This document shows, piece by piece, positions 39,001-50,872 of a stretch of 64,000 nucleotides of DNA (the first letter of the stretch is position 1; each line of letters begins with the position of its first letter). The translations under genes were made by a program, and so were the position numbers. The DNA comes from the human T2T-CHM13v2.0 reference genome, Homo sapiens: positions 288,001-352,000 of the forward strand of contig CP068257.2 of assembly GCA_009914755.4 (NCBI GenBank). Reading direction: 5' to 3'. The notes under the pieces are model-generated. The model had not been told where the DNA came from and did not search any database. It was given only the letters and a program-made list of their open reading frames with translations.

Positions 39001-39420
39001 TGGCTGCTTGCTTTTTGAGCCAGCTTGGCCTAGCCCGGCATGCACAAGTCTGTGCAACAACTGTGACACAAATGGAGCCACACAGAGAAAACGAGCAGCG
39101 GGCTCAGGAGCAGGGTGTGTGCTTCCTCGGGGGCTCCAGTCCATGCCTGAGGATTCATATGGCACTGCGGACTTCTTGGTTGCAAAGAGGTAGACCACAG
39201 GCCATCTTCAGGAGGTCTTTATGTGGAAGTGCGGAAAGCAGCCAGGATTACCACCCGTGGGACTCGGCCTTTTGTGGCCCTGGCCTGACAGAATTTGGCC
39301 CAAGGAAGGACAAGCTCACTCAGAGCAACATGTCGGTACCTGGGTCCTGTGCATGCCAGGCAAGGCAAAGCTGGCTCAAAGAGCACCCAGAGCATCCATT
39401 CTGGTGGAGGAGCCAACCAC
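36065..39420. repeat. Tandem array of about 4.5 units of a 630-820 bp unit, each with an internal roughly 60 bp inverted repeat
   Basis: The landmark gccagcttggccttgcctggcat(g/a)cac occurs at about 36195, 36840, 37567, 38385 and 39018. Each unit contains ccttgcagaggtggctggttgctctttgagccagcttggccttgcctggcatgcac and its reverse complement ggcctgtgcatgccaggcaaggccaagctggctcaaagagcaaccagccacctctgcaagg about 300 bp apart. Confidence 0.8.
38140..38275 (-). other. Local inversion of unit sequence, plus a roughly 45 bp L1-like scrap at 38080-38125, inside the 730 bp array
   Basis: ccatgcctcagggctcatatggcactgtgggccacagaagggcgagtacccagggtggtaatcctgcctgctttctgcacttgaacataaagtcctcctcaagacgacctgtggtctgcctcttgg is the reverse complement of the unit segment ccaagaggcagaccacaggccatcttgaggaggactttatgttcaagtgcagaaagcagccaggattaccacccaggggactcggccttctgtggcc. 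The L1-like scrap reads atccatcttaagttaatttttgtatgaag. Confidence 0.7.
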
Positions 39421-41700
39421 ATGGCCAGCTCTGGGTGTGGGCACAGTGCCACATCTTCCATCACTTTCTGATGTATCCTACCAGCACTGAAGAGACAGCC
39501 CAGAGAGAGTGCAAGAGGAAGGCTGAGAAGGATGAGATAGTGAGTGCTGGCTTCTTTCTGACCCTCAGCACACCCCCAGGTGGTGACCATCAACCTTTAG
39601 GGGTGGGAGAGCAAGACTGATGGCTTCAAATGCTTCCCCAAGAAGATGGACACAGGCCACTCAGCTCAACCTCACAGCCAATGAGTTGACAAGCAAGCAG
39701 ATGACAGTCACAGGCTTTTAGAAAGAGCATCAGAAGGTGGCCAGTTTTTCTTCAGCCTCAGCCAGGCCTTGGAACTTGACTAGGCCATCCACTTCACCAG
39801 AGATGCCTTCAAGAACATCAGTGAGCTCTTTGCCAATCAGTCCAGGAAGGACCTGGACCCAGCCATGGACCTGTTAGTGCTGTCTCAGGGACACCAGACC
39901 AACATCCTGGACATCATCCTCATACACAAGGAAGCTCTTTCCAAAGTCACGGGGAACAGGCAACATGTGGCAGACGGGAAGACAGAGGTGCAGAGGCTGA
40001 TGGCGTCATTGTCACAGGAACAGGATTTCTTTGGCCACTTTGGCTGAAATTCACCACTTCCATCCAATTCACTCAAGTGAGAGACTTGACATCACAGATG
40101 GAGCATTTCTTGCAACAAGAGATACTATTTTTTCAAAAAGTCACCTAAAATTTGATAGTGTTGAATGACTAGCTATTTGATTGTGGACTTTTTCCAGTTC
40201 ATGGGTACTTTCTACAGCAGAATGATAACAGTATCAAAGAGCTAGTGCCAGCTATCAGTGGTAGTACAAGGATGACTTTGTGCTCAACTGAAACCCAGCT
40301 GAATATAGAATTGTGTAGGAAAGTGTTAATATGGTGATAGAATAGAAACAGTAGCAAACGTGAACTAAATCATACTATGAATGCCTACACTACCATTATA
40401 ACTTTTTGAAGAATGATAATACCACTTTATTGCCTTTTGAAGCAGGAATATATTAGTGGATATGCTATAGACCTGAAACCCTATAAAGAATCCCAAAGAA
40501 GCTGGCTGGATAAAGCCTGCTATGGATGTCTTTATACTCAAAGACTGATGAGGCAATTCGAATATGTGTCCCCACCAAATCTCACGTTGAGTTATGCTTC
40601 CTAATGTTGGAGGTGGATCCTGGTATAAGGTGATTGAATCATGAAGGCAAATTTCTCATGAGTGGTTCAGCACCATCCCCTTGGTACTGTCCTCACAATC
40701 ATGAGTGAGTTCTCGTGAGATCTGGCCACTGAAAACTCTACATCACTCCCTACTCTCCGCGGTTTCCTCTTGCCATGTGAGACAATTCACTCTTTCATTA
40801 CCTTGCACAATGATTGAAAGATTTCTGAGGCCCCCCAGAAGCAGAAGCACTAGGCTTCCTGTCCACTCTGCAGAACCATGAGCCAATTAGACCTCTTTTT
40901 CAAAACAAATCTTACCAAAAATGGCAAATGAGGACTGGAGCATTCCTATAAAGATACCTGAAAATGTGGAAGCAACTTCGGAACTGGGTAATGGGTAGAG
41001 GTTGGAAGAGTTTGGAGGGCTCCAAAGAAGACAGACAGACGAGAACATTTTTGGACCATCTTAGAGACTGGTTAAATGGCTGTGACAAGAATGCTGACAA
41101 AAACATGGACAGTGAAGGCCAGGCTGAGGGGGCCTCAGATAAAAATAAGAAGCTTTCTGGAAAATGTCTCCTTTTTGGATATGGAAAGCTTACACAATGC
41201 CTGTACCATCATTGTACCTTAGACGCAGTGAACTTGCCTTTTATTTCAGAGACTCGTAGGCAAAAGAGAATGTAGCCTTGACCCAGATGAGACTTTGGAC
41301 TTTGTAACTTTGAGTTAATGCTGAAATGAGTTAAGACTTTGGGAGACTGCTGGCAAGGCATGACTGTATCTTGCAATGTGAGAAGGGCATGAGATTTGTG
41401 GGGTCAGGGACAGAATAATACGGTTTTTCTCTATGCCCCTTCCAAAACTCATGTGAAAGTACACTCCCTAATGTTAGAGTCGGGGCCTAGGTGGAAAAAG
41501 CTTTAATCATAAAGGGGTGGAAGTGGATCCTTCACAAATGGCAAAGCACCAAGCCCTTAATGCCATCCTCCTGATAGTGAGTGAGTTCTCATGAGATCTA
41601 GTAGTTTAAAAGGCTGTGGAATCTCTTTCCTCTCTCTGTCTTGTTCCAACTTCTGCCATATGAAACATGTCATTGCCGCTTGGATTTCCGGTGTGGCTAG
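39415..41700. repeat. Intra-window segmental duplication, copy 2. It includes only the macrosatellite head (40870-41700), with no expanded array.
   Basis: Collinear with 7635-9830 and then directly with 26340-26505. Examples are ccatgagccaattagacctctttttcaaaacaaatcttaccaaaaatggcaaatgaggactggagcatt and ctgccatatgaaacatgtcattgccgcttggatttccggtgtggctaggagg|ggcctgatcagtg. Confidence 0.75.
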
Positions 41701-42215
41701 GAGGGGCCTGATCAGTGTGGGCCTGGTCTGTGGACCTAGGTCAGTGAGGACTATTTAGTGGGATAGTGGTCAGCAGGGGTCTGCTTAGAGAGGGTCTCAT
41801 TAGTGGGGTCTAGTATTGGGGGTTTTGGTGAGTGGGAACCTATTGGCTGCCAGTTGTTTGGTGTCTGGTCAGTGCAAACGTGGGCTGTGGGGCTTGATCA
41901 GTGGAGATCTGGTCAGCTGGGGCTCAGTGCTGGCCTGATCAGCATGGGCTGGGGCACTGGTGACCAGGTCAAGGGGTGCTATTCAGTGGAGGACTGGGCA
42001 CATGGGACCTAGTCAGCAGACCCTGGTGGGCGTGTCCTCATCAGTGAGGTCTTGTCAGTAAGGTCCTGGTCAGTGGAGTCCTTGTCATTGTGTGCCTGGC
42101 AGTGGGGACCTTGTTAGTGGGGCCTGATCATGAGAGTCTAATCAGTGAGGGTGTCGTCAGGGAGGACCTGATGTGCGGGGTCTGGTCAGCAGGGACCTGG
42201 TCACTGTGGGCTGCT
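41701..42215. repeat. G-rich minisatellite GGCCTGGTCAGTGGGG(N), locus 3
   Basis: The same unit as at 5070-5550 and 26505-27315. It is followed by block B'. Confidence 0.75.
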
Positions 42216-42550
42216 GAGCACTGCTTGGATAAGCCAGGTGCAATGTGCATTATTGAAGGCCCTGTGGACAGCTGGGATAGCCCAGTGATGCCCAAGCGCC
42301 TAGTCAAAAGTGGACAAAGCACGTGTTTGGATGGACCTGGGAGATCCTGCTCAGAGATTCTGACAGGACAAAGATAAAGGAAGGGCCAGAGTGGCTGGAG
42401 AGATGGTCACAGTCTATGGGCTGCACAGGATGGAGGAGGCCAGGGAACAGGCAGGGTGGGCAGTTGCGGTTCAGGGAGAGGCAGGTGCATGCTGGGAGGT
42501 CAGACCCTGTGAGGGCTTTGGGGGCGTCAGGTAGGGTAGGCTCCAGGCAC
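42216..42550. repeat. Duplicated block B', copy 2
   Basis: Runs from ggccctgtggacagctgggatagcccagtgatgcccaagcgcctagtcaaaagtggacaaagcacgtgtttgg to gggtaggctccaggcac. It parallels 27340-27660 and diverges from copy 1 at about 42548, where the satellite begins. Confidence 0.75.
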
Positions 42551-42551
42551 T

Positions 42552-45500
42552 CTCACTCACATAGGATTCCAGAACACTGCTACAAGGCTCTGAGTGTTTG
42601 TCCCTCACATAGCATTCCAGAACACTGCTGCCATTGTCTGAATGTTTGTCCCCCACATAGGATTCCAGAAGCCTGCTGCTGGGGTCTGAATGTTTGTCCC
42701 CCATCTAGGATTCCAGAACACTGCTGCGAGGGTCTGAATGTATGTCCCTCACATATGATTCTAGAACATTGATGCTAGGGTCTGTATGTTTGCCCTTAAT
42801 GTATGATTTCAAAACACTGCTCCTGGATTCTGAATGTTTGTCCTTCACATAGGAATACAGAACACTGCTGCTGGAGTCTGAATGTTTGTCACTCACATAG
42901 AATTCCAGAACACTGCTGCGAGGATCTGAATATTTGACCCTCATATGGGATTCCAGAACACTGCTGCGAGGGTCTAAATGTCTGTCCCTCACATAGGTTT
43001 CCAGCACAATGTTACGAGGTTCTGAATGTTTGTCCCTAACATAGGATTCCAGAGCACTCCTGCTGTGCTCTGAATGCTTCTCCCTCACATAGGATTCCAG
43101 AACACTGCTACGAGGGTCTGAATGCTTATCCCTCATATGGGATTCCAGAATACTCCTGCTGTGGTCTGAAAGTTTGTTCCTCACATAGGATTCCAGAACA
43201 CTCCTGCCGTGGTCTGAATGTTTGTCCCTCACATAGGATTCCAGAACATTCATGCTGGGGTCTCAATGTTTCCCTTAACATAGGATTTCAGAACACTGCT
43301 CTTGGGGTCTGAATGTTTGTCCCTCACATAGGATTACAGAACACTGCTGCTGGAGTCTGAATGTTTGTCAGTCACATAGAATTCCAGAACACTGCTACAA
43401 GGGTGTGAATATTTCTCCCTCACCTAGTATTCCAGAACACTGTTGCAAGGGTCTGCATGTTGGTCCGTCATATAGGATTCCAGAACACTGCTGCTGTGGT
43501 CTGAATGTTTGTCCCTCACATAGGATTCCGGAACACTGCTACAAGGGTCTGAATGTTTGTCCTTCACATACCATTCCAGAACACTGCTGCCGTGGTCTGA
43601 ATGTATGTCCCTCACATAGGATTCCAGAACACTGCTACTAGGTTCTGAATGTTTCTCCCACACCTAGGATTCCAGAACACTTCTGCTGGTGTCTGAATGG
43701 TTGTCCCTCACATATGATTCCAGGACACTGCTACGAGAGTCTTAATGTTTGTTCTTCACATAGCATTCCAGAACACTGCTGCTGGGGTCTGAATGTCTGT
43801 CCCTCAAATCGGATTCCAGAACACTGCTGCTGGGGTTTGAATGTCTTTCCCTCACATAGAATTCCAGAACATGGTTGGGAGGGTCTGAATGTTTGTCCCT
43901 CACATGGGATACCAGAACACTGCTGCGAGGGTCTAAATGTCTCTCCCTCACATAAGATTCCAGGACACTACTGCGAGATTCTGAATGTTTGTCCCTCACA
44001 TAGGATTCCAGAGCACTCCTGCTGTGGTCTGAATATTTGTCCCTCACATAGGATTCCAGAACACTGCCACGTGGGTCTGAATGTTTGCCCTCACATAGGA
44101 TTCCAGAACACTACTGCTGGGGTCTGAATGTTTGACCCTCACATAGGATTCCAGAAGACTCCTGCTGTGGTCTGAAATTTTATTCATCACATAGGACTCC
44201 AGAACACTGCTAAGAGGGTCTGAATGTTTGTCCCTCACATAGTATTCCAGAACACACCTTCTGTGGTCTGAATGTTTGTTCCTCACATAGGATTCGAGAA
44301 CACTTCTGCTGTGGTCTGAAAGTCTGTTCATCACATAGAACTCCAGAACACTGCTAAGAGGGTCTGAATGTTTGTCCCTCACATAGTATTCCAGAACACT
44401 CCTGCTTTGGTCTAAATGTTTGTTCCTCACATAGGATTCGAGAACACTCCTGTTGTGGTCTGAATGTTTGTCCCTCACCTAGGATTCGAGAACATTCACG
44501 CGGGGATGTGAATGCTTGCACTTAACATAGGATTTTAGAACACTGCTCCTGGGGTCTGAATGTTTGTCCCTCACATAGGATTCCAGAACTCTCCTGCTGT
44601 GGTCTGAAAGTTTGTACCACACATAGGATTCCAGAACTCTCCTGCTGTGGTCTGAATGTTTGTCTGTCACATAGGATTCCAGAACACTGCGGCTGGGCTC
44701 TAAATGTTTGTCCCTCACATTGGATTGCAGAACACTACTGCTATGGTCTGAACGTTTGTCCATCACATAGGATTCCAGAATGTTCATGCTGTGGTCCGAA
44801 AGTTTGTCTGTCACATAGGATTCCAGAACACTGTGGCTGGTGTCTGAATGTCCCTGACATAGGATTCCAGAACACTGCTATGAGGGTCTGAATGTTGGTC
44901 CCTCACACAGGATTCCAGAACCCTCCTGCTGGGGTCTGAATGTTTGTCTCTCACAAAGGATTCCAGAACACTGCTATGAGGGTCTGAATATTTGTCCCTC
45001 ACATAGGATTCCAGAACACTCCTGCTGTGGTCTGAATGGTTGTCCTTCACATAGGATTCCAGAACACTTTCGCTGTGGTACAAATGTTTGTGTCTCATGT
45101 AGGATTCCAGAACACTGCTACGAGGGTCTCAATGTTTGTCCCTCACATAAGATTCCAGAACACTGCTGCTGGGGTCTGAATGCTTGTCCCTCACATAAGA
45201 TTACAGAACACTGTTGCTGGGGTGTGAATGTTTGTCCCTAACATAAGATTCCAGACCACTGCTGCTGGGGTCTCAATGTCTGTCCCTCAAAAAGGATTCC
45301 AGAACACTGCTGCTGGGGTTTGAATGTCTGTCCCTCACATAGAATTCCAGAAGACTGCTGGGAGGGTCTGAATGTTTGTCCCTCACATGGGATTCCAGAA
45401 CACTGCTGCGAGGGTCTAAATGTCTGTCCCTCACATAAGATTACAGCACACTGCTACGAGGTTCTGAATGTTTGTCCCTCACATAGGATTCCCGAGCACT

Positions 45501-46648
45501 CCTGCTGTGGTCTGAATGTTTTTCCCTCACATAGGATTCCAGAACACTGCTACGAGGGTCTGAATGTTTGTCCTTCACATAGGATTCCAGAACAGTCCTG
45601 CTGGGGTCTGAATGTTTGTCCCTCACATAGGATTCCAGAGCACTCCTGCTGTTGTCTCAATGTTTGTTAATCACATAGGATTCCAGAACACTGCTACAAG
45701 GGTCTGAATGTTTGTCCCTCACATAGGATTCCAGAATACTCCTGCTATGGTCTTAATGCTTGTCCCTCACATAGGATTCCAGAACATTCATGTTGGGGTC
45801 TGAATGTTTGCCCTTATCATAGGATTTCAGAACAGTGCTCTTGGAGTTTGAATGTTTGTCCTTCACATAGGATTTAAGAACACTCCTGCTGTGGTCTGAA
45901 AGTTTGTCCCTCACATAGGCCCAAAACACTGTTGCTGGGGTGTGAATGTTTACCCCTAATATAGGATTCCAGAACACTGTTGCTGGGGTGTGAATGTTTG
46001 CCCCTAACATAGGATTCCAGACCACTGCTGCTGGTTTCTCAATGTCTGTCCCTCAAAAAGGATTCCAGAATACTGCTACAAGGGTCTGAATGTTTGTCAC
46101 TCACTTAAGACTCCAGAACACTGTTTTGAGGGTCTAAATGTCTGTCCTTCACATAGGATTGCAGAACACTGTTAGGAGGGTCTCAATGTTTTTCCTTCAC
46201 ATAGCATTCCAGAACACTGCTATGAGGGTCTGAATGTTTGCCCCACACCTAGGATTCCAGAACACTTCCGATGGTGTCTGAATGTTTGCCCCTCACATAG
46301 GATTCCAGAACACTCCTGCTGTGGTCTGAATGTTTGTCCCTCACATAGGATTCCAGAACATTCCTGCTGTGTTCTGATTGTTCCTCACATAGGATTCCAG
46401 AACACTGCTACGAGGTTCTGAATTTTTGTCCCTCACACAGGATTCCAGAACACTGCTACAAGGGTTTGAAAGTTTGTCCCTCACATAGGATTCCACAACA
46501 CTACTGCTGGGGTCTGAATCTTTGTCCCTCACATAGGATTCTAGAACACTCCAGCCGGCTTCTGAGTGTTTGTCCCTCACATAGGATTCCTGAAGACTGC
46601 TGCTGTCACTATAGTCGTTGTGAGTGTCTGAATGTTTGACCTTCACCA
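42552..46648. repeat. 48 bp satellite, about 85 units, consensus approximately CACATAGGATTCCAGAACACTGCTGCTGGGGTCTGAATGTTTGTCCCT; candidate CER 48 bp satellite, identity unverified
   Basis: The period was counted directly: from cacatagg to the next cacatagg is 48 bp. Minus-strand ORFs show a 16-aa periodicity (HSDPRSSVLESYVRDK), which equals 48 bp. Confidence 0.85.
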
Positions 46649-46649
46649 A

Positions 46650-46790
46650 ACACCAAATATCCTGACCCTTTAGTCTTGGACTTTCCAGCCTCCAGATCTG
46701 TGAGCAATAATCTCTGTTGTTTATGATTACTCAGTCTAAAGTATTTTGTTATAGTAGCCTAAAGAGACTAAGAGAGCATCACCTGCCCTG
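46650..46790 (+). mobile_element. 3' tail of a MaLR/MLT-like LTR, flanking the 48 bp satellite
   Basis: ccagcctccagatctgtgagcaataatctctgttgtttatgattactcagtctaaagtattttgttatagtagcctaaagagactaa, a typical MaLR LTR 3' terminus. Confidence 0.55.
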
Positions 46791-46849
46791 TCACCTAATC
46801 ACCGCTTTACTGAAGCTATACTAACAACAGTCACTTTTAGTGGGTGCTT

Positions 46850-47830
46850 CATGCATGAGAATAAAGGGAAAAAATTGCAAGGCATACTAAAATCCAAAAA
46901 AGGAAAAAAATACAATTTGTGTCAACAGAGCAAGCTTCAGAAGCAGACAAATGTATGATTTTGGAATTTTTTTAAACCCCTGGAGAATATGCTAAGGGCC
47001 TAATCAATGAAGTAGACAGCATTCAAGTGTAGATGGGTAATGTAATCAGAAAGACAGACATCGTAAGAACCTTCAACATAATGTAGTGATAAAAAATGTA
47101 AATAACTGAAGAATACCTCTGATGGCTTATTAGTAGACTGGACTCAGCTGAGTAAAGAATCTCTGAGCTTGAGGATTTATCATCAGAAACTTCAAAAACT
47201 AAAGAAAAGAAACACTGAAAAGAACAGAAGATGATATCCAAGACTGTGGGACAACTACAAAAGGTGAAAGAGAGTAATGAGAATACCAGGAGGAGAAGAA
47301 ATAGAAGAAAGTTCTGCAACAACCATTTCTGAGAACTTCCAGTATTAATGTCAGACACCAAACCAAAGATCCAGGAAGCTCCGAGAACACCAGGCAGAAT
47401 AAATGCCAACAACCTACACTTGGACATATAATTTTCAAACTCTATGAAATAAAAGATAAAGGAAAACTCTGAAAGAAACCAGAGGTGGGGCAGAAAACAC
47501 CTTACCTACAGAGACACAAAGATAAGAACTGCATTCAACATTGCAGAAACTGTGAAAGCAAGAAGACAGTGAAATGAAAAATTCCAAATATTGACAGAAA
47601 AAAACCCACCAACCTAAGTTTCTGTACCCACTGAAAACACCCTTCAAAAGTGAAGGAGAATTAAGGCCTTCCTCAGAAAAATAAAAATTCAAGAAACTTG
47701 TTGTCAGGACAGCTGTCTTGCAAGAAATGTTAAATGAAATTCTTTAGAGGGAAACAAAAGATATATAACTGAAACCTGGATCAACATTTTTTTAAAAAGA
47801 GCATTAAAGAAAGAATCGTGGTACAATAAA
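46850..47830 (+). mobile_element. Ancient LINE-1 (L1M-type) ORF1 region, degenerate
   Basis: Translation with stops resembles L1 ORF1: ...RISELEDLSSETSKTKEK...NTRRRRNRRKFCNNHF.ELPVLMSDTKPKIQEAPRTPGRINANNLHL...TAFNIAETVKARRQ...ENTLQK.RRIKAFL.KIKIQETCCQ... Confidence 0.55.
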
Positions 47831-48135
47831 AACCTATGTATTTATTCTTAATTGATCTGACCAAGAAGTTCATAGACAATAACAAATACACACAGATAGA
47901 TTATGTATGCTTATACACAAGTGAAATGAGTAACACTAATACAAGGAATGGAATGGAAGGATGGGAGGGAGGAAATGTGGTACAATAAAAACATGTATTT
48001 ATTCATAATTGATCTGACCAATAAGTTTGTAGATAATAATAAATACACACAGATAGATTGTGTATGCTTTTACACAAGTGAAATAAGGAACAATAACACA
48101 AGGAATGGAATGGAAGGATGGGAGGGAGGAATCAG
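47815..48135. repeat. Tandem duplication, 2 copies of about 160 bp
   Basis: tggtacaataaaaac(c)tatgtatttattc(t/a)taattgatctgaccaa(g/t)aagtt...aatacacacagatagatt(a/g)tgtatgctt...aaggaatggaatggaaggatgggagggagga occurs twice. Confidence 0.85.
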
Positions 48136-48136
48136 G

Positions 48137-48420
48137 TGTTTTCTTTGTTAAGCAGGTAGTCACCCGTGAAGTGGGATAGTGTTAGCTGAAAGTGGACTTG
48201 AATTGGTTGTAAATGTATATTGAGGAATTAGGTGAGTTCTTTGTTAAGCAGGTAGCCTCATTTGTGGGATAGTGGGAGAGTGTTATTTGAAAGTGGACTT
48301 GAATTGGTTGTAAATATTACTGAGGAATTAGGTGTTTTGTTTGTTAAACAGGTAGTCTTATTTGTGGGATAGTTGGATAGTGTTATTTGAAAGTGGACTT
48401 GAATTGGTTGTAAATGTATA
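48137..48420. repeat. Tandem repeat, 3 copies of about 97 bp
   Basis: ttctttgttaagcaggtag...tttgtgggatagtgggagagtgttatttgaaagtggacttgaattggttgtaaatgtatattgaggaattaggtg occurs three times. Confidence 0.85.
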
Positions 48421-48439
48421 TTGCAAATTCTGTGGCAAC

Positions 48440-48695
48440 TAGTTAAAAAAAGTTTTAAAAAGAGAAGTACATGCTAAGAAAGACAGGGAAAATGTAGTCA
48501 TCTAAAATCATCAATGAAAACTGCAAAAGGCAGAAAAAGAGTGGTAGACAAAAGAATGAAGACTGAGGAGAATGAATAGAAAACAGTAACAAATATAGTA
48601 GATATTAGTCCAATGATATCAATAATCACTTTGAATGTTAATGGTATGAATGTACCAATTCAAAGATTGAGATTGTCAGAGTCTATCAAAAGACA
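48440..48695 (+). mobile_element. Ancient LINE-1 ORF2 N-terminus fragment, truncated by the Tigger1 insertion
   Basis: atattagtccaatgatatcaataatcactttgaatgttaatggtatgaatgtaccaattcaaagattgagattgtcagagtctatcaaaagacagacacatc resembles the L1 ORF2 start (INPTISIITLNVNGLNTPIKRQRLSEWIKKQDP). Confidence 0.55.
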
Positions 48696-49410
48696 GACAC
48701 ATCTTGTTTCACTGCACTTTGCTTTATTGTGTTTTGTGACCATGCGTTTTACATATTGAAGGTTTGTGGCCACCCTGCAATAAGCAGGTCTCACTGGCAC
48801 CATTGTTCCTACAGCACGTGCTCACTTCACGTCTCTGTGTCACATTTCGGTCATTCTCACAGTATTTTAACCTTTTTGTTATTGAATCTGTTATAGTGAT
48901 CTCTAATCAGTGATCTTTAATGCTACTGTTGTCATTGTTTTGGGAACCACAAATCACACCAGGATAAGACAGCAAACAATTGACAAACGCGTTTGTTCTG
49001 ACTGCCCCACCAACAGGCCATTTCTCTTTCTCTCTCTTTTTCTCAGGCTGCTTTTTATTAATATTAAAATGTGGCCAATTAATAACCCTACAATAGCCTC
49101 TATATGTTCAAGTGAAAGAAGAGTTGCATGTCTGTCACTTTAAACCAAAAGGAAGAAATAATTAAGCTTAGTGAGGAAGGCATGTTGTAAGCAAGACAGG
49201 CCAGTAGCTAGACCTCATGCAACAAACACTTAGCCGAGTTGTGAATGCAAAGGAAGTGTTCTGGAAAGAAATTTAAAGTACTACTCCAGTGAATACATGA
49301 ATGATAAAAAGCTAAACAATCTTGCTGCTGTTATGAAGAAAGTTTAATTGGTCTAGATAGAAGAAAAAAAAAAAAACATTCCATTAAGCCTAAGCCTAAC
49401 TCTCTTTTTA

Positions 49411-49715
<305 letters not shown>

Positions 49716-50572
49716 TCTCTTCAATTCTATGAAGACTTAGAGAGGTGAGGCAGCTGCAGAAGAAAAGTCTGAAGCTAGAAGAGCATGTTTCTTGAGGTTT
49801 AAGGAAAAAAGTCATCTCCATAACATAAAAGCACAAGATAAAGCAGCAAGTACTGTTGGAAAAGCTGCAGAAAGCTATCTAGAAGATAACTGATTAAGAT
49901 GGCTACACTAAACAGCTTTTCAATGGAGACAAAACAGCCTTCTACTAGAAGGAGATGCCATCTAGGATGTTCCCAGCTAGAGAGGAGTTGATGCCTGGCT
50001 TTAAGGCTTCAAAGGACATTCTGACTCTTTTGTTAAGGGCTAATGTAGTTGGTGATGTTAACTTGAAACCAATGATGATTTACTATTCTGAAAATCCAAG
50101 GGACCTGAAGAATTATAATAAAACACAGCTCTGCCTGTACTCTACAAATGGGAACAAAGCCTGGATGACAGACTATCGGTTTACAAATATGGTTTACTGA
50201 ATATCTTAAGCCCACTGTTGACACCTACTGCTCAAGAAATAAGATTCCTTTCAAAGTATTACCGCTCACTGACAATGCCCCTGGTACTCAAGGGCTTTTA
50301 CAGAGATGTATAAAGAGCTGAATATTGTTTTCATGCCTACTAACCCAACATTCATTCTGGTGCCCTTGGATCAAAGAATAATTTCAAATTTCAAGTCTTA
50401 TCACTTAAAAATATATTTCATAAAGCTATAGCTTCTCTAGAAAGTGATTCCTTTGATGGATCCGGGCAAAATAATTGAAAACCTACTGGAAAGGATTCAC
50501 CATTCTAGATGCCATTGAGAACATTCATGATTTAAAAAAGAAGATCAAAATAGCAACATTAGGAGAAGTTGG

Positions 50573-50872
<300 letters not shown>

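Noticed and set aside
42552-46648. The regular short repeats superficially resemble a CRISPR array
   Set aside because: There are no unique spacers, since every 48 bp is the same unit. The sequence is primate, and there are no cas genes. It is a satellite.
42705-46649. Long minus-strand ORFs of up to 182 aa across the 48 bp satellite, with a 16-aa periodic motif HSDPRSSVLESYVRDK
   Set aside because: A stop-free 48 bp unit yields open frames of arbitrary length. There is no start context, no splice structure and no codon-usage signal. The periodicity exactly equals the DNA repeat. This is an artefact of tandem repetition.
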